A DNA stretch of 31,621 nt from a virus. Taxonomy: Duplodnaviria; Caudoviricetes. The notes beneath the pieces were generated by a model, which had not been told where the DNA came from, ran no database searches, and saw only the letters and a list, made by a program, of their open reading frames with translations. Position 1 is the stretch's first letter, and each line of letters starts with the position of its first letter. The translations under genes were made by a program, and so were the position numbers. The stretch spans positions 1 to 31,621 of the IMG/VR virus record IMGVR_UViG_3300048855_000165, one strand, 5' to 3'. This document shows, one piece after another, positions 26,148 to 31,621 of this stretch.

Positions 26148-26631
26148 GTCCGATTTCCACTTCGCGCATAGATCCGAAGATTTCCACAAAAGCTTTAATC
26201 GCGCGCCGGCCTACTACATTCGTTACTGCGGCGTAATGACCTGAAAGCGGCCCGTCCTTGATCTGTACGGTGTCACCAGCCTTGAGGCGACGAACGGGCG
26301 GCCGAAGCACGTCGAAATCACCGCGCTCCTGAGCGTCCCGGATGTCTTCCACGATGTTGCCCGCTACAGGGATCGGCGTACCTCCTGCGTCGGCGAGCAC
26401 GGAATGAACATGCCGCATCTCACGCAAGGTTCCGAAGTCCGAGATGCGAAGATAAGCGAAAACGTAGCCGGTGAAGAGCGGGCATTCCTTCATCAGCCAT
26501 TTCTTGCTTTGGAAGTGCCTGGTCTCCCGCCGCATCATGGGGCAGTAGACCGTGATGCCATTGTCATCGAATTCGACCGTGGCCTTTTTCTGCTGTCCTG
26601 CCCTCGTCCTTACAACGTACCAGTGACCCAT
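26122..26631 (-). CDS. NusG-family transcription antiterminator (NGN + KOW), phage paralog
   Basis: HWYVVRTRAGQQKKA, PLFTGYVF, KOW GDTVQIKDGPLSG, VEIFG; occupies the lambda Q position. Confidence 0.92.
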   Translation of the reverse strand: MGHWYVVRTRAGQQKKATVEFDDNGITVYCPMMRRETRHFQSKKWLMKECPLFTGYVFAYLRISDFGTLREMRHVHSVLADAGGTPIPVAGNIVEDIRDAQERGDFDVLRPPVRRLKAGDTVQIKDGPLSGHYAAVTNVVGRRAIKAFVEIFGSMREVEIGLESIRRVA

Positions 26632-26650
26632 TCAAGCGCCCTCGTTTGCG

Positions 26651-26687
26651 ATTTGCGAAGCATAGCAAATAATTGAGATTGTTGCAT
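26651..26687 (-). promoter_or_regulatory. Candidate promoter for the NusG paralog with operator-like inverted repeat
   Basis: ATGCAA-17-TATGCT with extended TG; ATTTGC-N8-GCAAAT brackets the -10. Confidence 0.4.
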
Positions 26688-27262
26688 TATTCGGCAACGC
26701 GGCTACGATACTCCGCGGTTAGGCAATCAACAGGTTCTCGCCCGGGAGAGACCCCGACGACCGTCGCAATCCCAAGGTTGGACAGCTCATCCGCCCGCTC
26801 ATTGCCGAGAATACCGGCGTGCCCTTTGCACCAACGAATGGTGACCTGATCTGCCCCGGAAAGCGCCGCGTCGATCGACTGCCAAAGCTCCAGGTTCTTC
26901 ACCTCTTCGTTTCCGGGCTTCTTCCAGCCGAGACGTTTCCAGCCGTGCATCCACTTGGTCGAGCCATTCACACAGTAAGTGCTGTCGGACCAGACCACGG
27001 CCGGGGCCCCGAGCGCCCGAGCCGCCTCGATGCCCTTCAACAGCCCAACCAATTCCATCCGATTGTTCGTTGTGTCCGCGTCGCCACCATGATCCGAAGC
27101 GATTTCGACACCGTCGCGGTAGATTGCCACGCCCCACCCACCCGGACCCGGATTGGGCTCGCAAGCACCATCCGAGAAGACGTGCAGACCGGCTGCAAAC
27201 TCAGTGTGGTCAATCTCGTAAACCTTGGATGGCTTCTGCCGCCAAAATTGTTTCTGCTTCAC
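26687..27262 (-). CDS. rnhA: Ribonuclease HI
   Basis: FSDGACEPNPGPGGWG, TTNNRMEL, SDSTY, WKRLGWK, KNLELW, WCKGHAGILGNERADEL; all catalytic D/E/D/H/D equivalents present. Confidence 0.95.
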   Translation of the reverse strand: MKQKQFWRQKPSKVYEIDHTEFAAGLHVFSDGACEPNPGPGGWGVAIYRDGVEIASDHGGDADTTNNRMELVGLLKGIEAARALGAPAVVWSDSTYCVNGSTKWMHGWKRLGWKKPGNEEVKNLELWQSIDAALSGADQVTIRWCKGHAGILGNERADELSNLGIATVVGVSPGREPVDCLTAEYRSRVAE

Positions 27263-27266
27263 TCTC

Positions 27267-27560
27267 TCAGCTCCCGTGCCGGTTCTGGTAGCGCTTCTTA
27301 ATCGCCGCCTTTGTGGTTGGCTTCAAACGCACGTAGGCAGGCCGCCAGTGAATTGGCTTACTCCAAAGAGAATCTGGCTCCTCGATGCAGTACCAATGCC
27401 CGTCAGCATCGAGGAAATACGTGCGCTCCTCGATTGGATGGTGGCCGGCCATGTCGTTGAACATCAGATTGCAAACGATACCCTGCCGGGCCTCATGCAT
27501 CGGCCGCCAAGGGTTCTCGCGGTCATGCGCTTCGCGGGCTTTGCGTTCAGCTATCGTCAT
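27267..27560 (-). CDS. Hypothetical phage protein (97 aa; NPWRPM...PIHWRP)
   Basis: ATGA coupling to the upstream gene; WRP...HWRP pattern common in small phage proteins. Confidence 0.7.
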   Translation of the reverse strand: MTIAERKAREAHDRENPWRPMHEARQGIVCNLMFNDMAGHHPIEERTYFLDADGHWYCIEEPDSLWSKPIHWRPAYVRLKPTTKAAIKKRYQNRHGS

Positions 27561-27805
27561 GCGGCACCTTCCATCGTTCTAGCAATCTCGTCGTGGACTG
27601 CTCGCCAAAATTCACAAACAGGTTCGTTCTGATCGATTGGCGGGACACCAAGTTTGCCAAGGTGCGCTAAAAGCCCCGCCGTTATCTGCATCCGGTAGGC
27701 GCGGGCCATTTTGTCGGTCTTCATCCCGCTCAAGGTTGTAGCGACCGTCCGAATTTTCCCAGCGCGCCTCGTGAGCGGGAACACGATGACTTGCGCGTCA
27801 GTCAT
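27557..27805 (-). CDS. Small protein resembling the DUF6074 family
   Basis: VIVFPLTRRAGKIRTVA...LGKLGV...FWRAV; family recalled from memory, not searched. Confidence 0.65.
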   Translation of the reverse strand: MTDAQVIVFPLTRRAGKIRTVATTLSGMKTDKMARAYRMQITAGLLAHLGKLGVPPIDQNEPVCEFWRAVHDEIARTMEGAA

Positions 27806-28614
27806 GCCGCCGCCCTCCCCTGTTCGGCCACCACTTTCAGCACCTTGCGTTTCGTCAGGGCGCCGGCAGTCAGTAGGAATTTAAGATGTGAGCGGACGTG
27901 AATAGCCTCGGGCATGTCTTCGCAAATTGCGTCCAGCATGCCTTCAGCTTCTCGATCATTGTGGGGAACCGGCATTGGCTGCAGATCCTCATTTCCAGAG
28001 GAAATCGCAGCGTAAGGGTTGGCTTCTATAAGGTAATCGCCCTCTTCTATACCAGAGAAAGGTTCGCGGATTACCTTTAAGGATTTACCCGACACTGATG
28101 TCTGTTCGCGAACAGACATTTGCGTCCTTATCTCTATTTCACGAACAGACATTCGTGTACGGTCGCGTTCTAACCGGTCTTCTTCTCGGCGCCCCCGCAT
28201 GTGGTCCTGGTAGTTTAGGATCTGCGAGACAACGCGCTCATTTTTGAGGAAGACGAAGTGATTGGATTTGGTCCGATCGGGACGCCAAGAGTAAATCCAT
28301 CCGCGCTCACGCAAGACAGCTATCGCGCGCTCAACCGTCTTTTCGCTCTTAACGACGCACAGGGTTTCAAGGATCGTGCGATACGAGGGGAAGCACCGAA
28401 GCGTTTCGCTGTTGACGCTTTCGAGTAGGAAGCCGGCAATCAGCTTCACGGTCGCCGTCATGCGTCTGTCGAAGTCCCTGTTGATGAGAGACATCAATTC
28501 AAGTCGCGAGGCGGTGAACGCCTTCCGCTCTTCATCCGTTGGCTGCTCTGCCTTCTTTGGCCATGGCAAAGCCTGCTCTTCGATTGATGGGAAGTCTTCG
28601 GGAAGTTTAGCCAT
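27802..28614 (-). CDS. Helix-turn-helix replication initiator (lambda O-like role)
   Basis: CFPSYRTI...SEKTVERAIAVLRERGWI...SNHF winged-HTH; internal DNA repeats give repeated MSVRE peptides; start placed at ATG 28614. Confidence 0.75.
   Translation of the reverse strand: MAKLPEDFPSIEEQALPWPKKAEQPTDEERKAFTASRLELMSLINRDFDRRMTATVKLIAGFLLESVNSETLRCFPSYRTILETLCVVKSEKTVERAIAVLRERGWIYSWRPDRTKSNHFVFLKNERVVSQILNYQDHMRGRREEDRLERDRTRMSVREIEIRTQMSVREQTSVSGKSLKVIREPFSGIEEGDYLIEANPYAAISSGNEDLQPMPVPHNDREAEGMLDAICEDMPEAIHVRSHLKFLLTAGALTKRKVLKVVAEQGRAAA
28030..28153. repeat. Candidate replication origin (iteron-like repeats inside rep)
   Basis: Perfect 22-bp palindrome ATGTCTGTTCGCGAACAGACAT (28098-28119), third CGAACAGACAT(T) at 28142-28153, 9-bp IR AAGGTAATC/GATTACCTT (28030-38/28069-77) in AT-richer DNA. 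Confidence 0.65.
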
Positions 28615-28786
28615 TGAGCGCAGCACTCCTAAAGTCCTGCGCCAGTTTGCAAGCTTCGCACGCCTGCAAGGCCTTCAGGTTGAATTTCGCTTGAAGGACG
28701 TTCACGACTTTCGCCGGAACGGGATTTTGCTTGGAGAGCCACGTTGCCGCGGCCCTCACTTTACCGTCATACAAAGTTGCGTTCAT
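28607..28786 (-). CDS. Small hypothetical protein (59 aa)
   Basis: MNATLYDGKVRAAATWL...LQAKFNLKALQACEA; ATGA coupling to the upstream gene. Confidence 0.68.
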   Translation of the reverse strand: MNATLYDGKVRAAATWLSKQNPVPAKVVNVLQAKFNLKALQACEACKLAQDFRSAALNG

Positions 28787-29106
28787 GCGCCAGCCCTCGT
28801 ATTGTCTTCGAGGACGGCTACATGGCTCCTGAGCTTGTAGACCCCATACCACCCGCCATATTCGCCGCCTTGTGGAGTTTTGACCGTCTCGACGGTAACG
28901 CCGGCTCTACGGATTTTCATGCAGTAGTGCGCGAGTCGGATGCCAGGGTGATCCAGGGAGGAAATGCCCCTTTCGCCCGCATCGATCAGTTTCCGCAGCG
29001 TTTGCGCTTCCCGGCCAACGAGTGTGACCGGAAGGCCGCAAGGCTCGTTATTGTCGCTCAGAACGTTGACTCGGATGTTACGCTGGTTTCTAGTCATTTT
29101 GGTCAT
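28783..29106 (-). CDS. Winged-helix domain protein
   Basis: GREAQTLRKLIDAGERGIS..HPGIRLAHYCMKIRRAGVTVET..GGWYGVYKL. Confidence 0.75.
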   Translation of the reverse strand: MTKMTRNQRNIRVNVLSDNNEPCGLPVTLVGREAQTLRKLIDAGERGISSLDHPGIRLAHYCMKIRRAGVTVETVKTPQGGEYGGWYGVYKLRSHVAVLEDNTRAGA

Positions 29107-29107
29107 T

Positions 29108-29202
29108 GACGGTCCTTACCGTTGGTGATGGAGGGGCCGTTGAGAACGGCTTTAAATCGAGCAGCGTGGGTGCGGTCGCCAAACTCAGCCCATGCTGCTT
29201 TT
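29108..29202. promoter_or_regulatory. Three-hairpin intergenic element (RBS-occluding stem, small stem, large stem with TTTGGCGAC loop)
   Basis: GACGGT/ACCGTT 29108-29123 around the SD; GCCGTT/AACGGC 29136-29150; AGCAGCGTGGG/CCCATGCTGCT 29160-29199 followed by a T-run on + strand. Confidence 0.5.
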
Positions 29203-29212
29203 CTATTTCGGG

Positions 29213-29416
29213 TCAGGCCGACACCTTGGCGCGTTGGCGCTCCCAGGCCGCCAGCTCGTCCACCTTGAAAAATTTGCGGCGGTTGATGACCATCGGCTTG
29301 GGGAAGCCAAGGGTTTCATTCTTTTGCCAGCGGTAGAACGTGATCGGGGCGATGGAGTAGCGGGCCAGCACCTGGCCGCTGGTTAGATATGCGTTTGAGG
29401 TATTTGACGCGTCCAT
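29213..29416 (-). CDS. AlpA-like excisionase / HTH regulator (67 aa)
   Basis: YLTSGQVLARYSIAPITFYRWQKNETLGFPKPMVINRRKFFKVDELAAWE; start ATG 29416 with AAAGGA SD. Confidence 0.88.
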   Translation of the reverse strand: MDASNTSNAYLTSGQVLARYSIAPITFYRWQKNETLGFPKPMVINRRKFFKVDELAAWERQRAKVSA

Positions 29417-29420
29417 TATG

Positions 29421-29435
29421 GTTCCTTTGATGTTC
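29421..29435 (-). promoter_or_regulatory. LexA (SOS) box at the start of the early lytic operon
   Basis: Plus strand GTTC-ctttgat-GTTC (minus GAACATCAAAGGAAC), 4 nt upstream of the alpA ATG. Confidence 0.65.
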
Positions 29436-29581
29436 AGTGGCACTGAAAAACTTCCATCAGTTTGCGGGAGGTTGCGTTCCGAACCGCACCGATGTAATGG
29501 ATGATAATATCTCGACCGCATCAAAGGCAAGCACCGCGAGTGTGTGCCGGCGTTTTATCGGAGAATACTGGGGAAAAGCGA

Positions 29582-30325
29582 ATGGCGCGGGGCGAACTAA
29601 AGACCATCAAGTTCCAAATGATGCTCTCCGAATCCGAAGCAAAAACCCTCGACGCGTGGGCGGAAAAACACGGATTCAAGTCGCGAGCTGAGGTAATCCG
29701 TCGCCTTGTCCAATTAGCGCTGCTTACTGACGAGCAAGCGAACAGAGTTGCTAAGAACCTGAATATTCTGGATAATCTGTCTGTCAGGTTTATTAAACGA
29801 GTTAGAGAGCTTCACACTTCATTTAGATCGAGCAAGGTCCGTTTGGCGGAGCGCCTGGCTAACCTCGCTGAGCGTTATTCAGAGGACTTCTTCGACTATG
29901 TCGGAGATTTGGCGCTTGATCTTGACCTCGTACTCGGAGCAACGAAAGCGACGCGCTCAAATCAGTCGCTTGACGATGTAGTCGAGCAGCTCCGCAAAGA
30001 CAGAGAGCGGATCGAGGAGACCTCGGAAGCGTGGAACGCTGCCAGACAGAAGAGGCGCGAGGAGAGACGGAGGCTTGAGGGCGTTGACTTCTTGGATCTG
30101 CAAAGCCGGATGGAGGCCATTATTAAGAGTAGCCCCGACTTGGACACAGCCCAGCAAGCCGCCCAAGATGAGCTTGCTCTATGGCTTGACGCAGCAAAGA
30201 CCAAGAAGCAGGAAATCAGGAAGCTCGAGCAAGAACGCGAGGTTTACCTGGCTGAGCGCCGCAAGCATAGAGAGGAGCAGCCAGTGCGTGAGCCAGACTC
30301 AGAGGACGATCAAGGCCAAACTTGA
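29582..30325 (+). CDS. Ribbon-helix-helix (CopG-like) regulator with long coiled-coil C-terminus; candidate immunity repressor
   Basis: TIKFQMMLSESEAKTLDAWAEKHGFKSRAEVIRRLVQLAL; divergent from alpA, convergent with integrase; no S24 peptidase domain. Confidence 0.78.
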   Translation: MARGELKTIKFQMMLSESEAKTLDAWAEKHGFKSRAEVIRRLVQLALLTDEQANRVAKNLNILDNLSVRFIKRVRELHTSFRSSKVRLAERLANLAERYSEDFFDYVGDLALDLDLVLGATKATRSNQSLDDVVEQLRKDRERIEETSEAWNAARQKRREERRRLEGVDFLDLQSRMEAIIKSSPDLDTAQQAAQDELALWLDAAKTKKQEIRKLEQEREVYLAERRKHREEQPVREPDSEDDQGQT

Positions 30326-30328
30326 TCG

Positions 30329-31621
30329 TCACCGCTGCTTCGGATCTGCGAGACGTCGGACATGCTCGGCCCAAGCTGTGAGCGCCTGCCGCTTCTCATC
30401 CAAATATTCATAGCGGTTGTAGATCTTCGCCACGCCCTTGATGGCGCCGCTTTGGTGATTTAGCGCCGCCTCGACAACGTGAACCGGGGCACGCAGGCGA
30501 GCCATCCCGCTTGCGGCTGTGCGGCGCAGGTCATGCAACGTCCAGGGTTCAAGCTTCACATCCTCGGGGCTCAATCCTGAGCCGAGCGCTTCTTTCGTGG
30601 CAATGCTGAGCATTTCCGCATCGATCGCCTTCTTGGCTCTCGAAAAGCCACTTATGGGAGTCTCGCCGGTCGTTGAGAAAAGGTACGTTTCGCCGATTTT
30701 TGGTAAATCCGAGATCACCTCCAGAACGAGCGAAGTCAGAGGAACGAGATGTTCCTTTCCGTTCTTGGATCGCGCGGGCGGTATAGTCCAGAGCTGGTTG
30801 TTGCCGCCGAGTTCAAATTCAGACCTGGGAGCGTGCGCGACCTCATTGCGGCGCTGCGCCGTCAGCAGGAGCAGCTTGACGAGTGGACCGAATGGCCAGC
30901 CGACCTTTTCACAGGCAAGCCATACAAGCCGGACTTCTTGGTCCGTCAGAACTCGTTCCCGACTGGCGCCCTGCTTGGCTGTCGAGCCCTTCGGAACCGG
31001 CGAGGCGTCAACAATGTCGCGATCGACGGCCCAATTGAAGAACTTGCTCAGGACGGCACGCACACGGGCAGCCGACTCCGGCGCCCCTCCGTCCGCGATG
31101 TCATCAAGAAGCTTCACAACATCGCGCTTGGTAATGCTTCGGATATCCCTGCCCTTCCACACCGGCCGGATACGCTTGTCGATGAACGCTATCGTGTTCG
31201 TCTGTGTGCTATCGCGGTTCTTCTTCTTGACGTGGCGCTTAACGAACTCATCAAGCACATCCCCGACGAGATCCACCTTGACCGGCTCAGGCCCTGGCTC
31301 CTGAAGCTTCTCTTCCTCGCGAACCTCCGCGGGGTCTCTACCGTCCGAAACGATCCGACCGGCTTCCTGCGCGGCCTCCCTAGCCTTTGCCAGCGTGAAG
31401 GTAGCATCCTCCCCGAGAACGAACGGCCCTATGGTCATTTTGCGCGAGCGGCCGGCGTGCCGATAGCGGAAAGCCCAGCTCATGGAGCCGCTCGGCTGAA
31501 CCACGAGGTACAGCCCCGGTTGACCGGCATCCGCAATTTCCGTCCGCACGCTGTACCCATTCGCGCCAGCAGACTTCGCGATTGCTTCAAGCTTCTTCTG
31601 ATTGAGGACCGACTTCGCCAT
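30329..31621 (-). CDS. int: Tyrosine integrase, P4-like with N-terminal arm-binding domain
   Basis: PGLYLVVQPSGSMSWAFRYR..MTIG..LAKARE..G.DP; catalytic R (TAQRRNEV), K (SKNG), HDLRRT, LNH, Y (IYNRYEY). Confidence 0.96.
   Translation of the reverse strand: MAKSVLNQKKLEAIAKSAGANGYSVRTEIADAGQPGLYLVVQPSGSMSWAFRYRHAGRSRKMTIGPFVLGEDATFTLAKAREAAQEAGRIVSDGRDPAEVREEEKLQEPGPEPVKVDLVGDVLDEFVKRHVKKKNRDSTQTNTIAFIDKRIRPVWKGRDIRSITKRDVVKLLDDIADGGAPESAARVRAVLSKFFNWAVDRDIVDASPVPKGSTAKQGASRERVLTDQEVRLVWLACEKVGWPFGPLVKLLLLTAQRRNEVAHAPRSEFELGGNNQLWTIPPARSKNGKEHLVPLTSLVLEVISDLPKIGETYLFSTTGETPISGFSRAKKAIDAEMLSIATKEALGSGLSPEDVKLEPWTLHDLRRTAASGMARLRAPVHVVEAALNHQSGAIKGVAKIYNRYEYLDEKRQALTAWAEHVRRLADPKQR

Larger units (their letters stand above)
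1..31621. mobile_element. Temperate podovirus-type prophage (integrase, early/replication, NusG-type late control, packaging, head, short tail, ejection proteins, tailspike, lysis, left-end cargo); att sites not seen in window
   Basis: Co-linear minus-strand gene order with tight start/stop overlaps; recognisable integrase, terminase, portal, capsid, tail tube and lysis proteins; no obvious frameshifts in core genes. Left boundary uncertain. Confidence 0.93.

Noticed and set aside
30519-31304. 261-aa plus-strand ORF inside the integrase
   Set aside because: Ser/Arg-rich antisense shadow with no domain features
1-31621. CRISPR arrays, tRNA/rRNA genes, att direct repeats, T7-type phage promoters, IS elements
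   Set aside because: None seen by eye; the window stops at the integrase start codon so the adjacent att lies outside, and no phage RNA polymerase is encoded

Overview
The whole 31.6-kb window reads as one compact, apparently intact temperate podovirus prophage, most likely from a Rhizobiaceae alphaproteobacterium (inferred from gene families, high GC and GAAC-N7-GAAC SOS boxes). From the right end, mostly on the minus strand, it encodes a P4-type tyrosine integrase, a divergent ribbon-helix-helix regulator, an AlpA-like excisionase, a winged-helix protein, an HTH replication initiator with internal iteron-like repeats, RNase HI and a NusG paralog. A BPP-1/T7-like virion module follows: TerS, TerL, portal, scaffold, major capsid, tail tube A/B, three ejection proteins and a tailspike. 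Then come an endolysin/spanin/holin lysis cassette and left-end cargo (stand-alone LigD-type ligase, SOS-boxed small gene, HEPN-like protein). No CI repressor, Q, helicase, or DNA/RNA polymerase is recognisable. The most interesting signals are non-coding: (1) a perfect alphaproteobacterial LexA box on the RBS of the first early lytic gene, suggesting host LexA (perhaps with the RHH protein) replaces CI; (2) a pR'-like late promoter in the 3' end of the NusG paralog, a multi-hairpin leader, internal terminators, and a 21-nt motif repeated before three late genes; (3) a capsid-leader RNA with three copies of the same CC/CAYC internal loop. All calls come from reading motifs by eye with no database searches. 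The att sites are not visible in the window.
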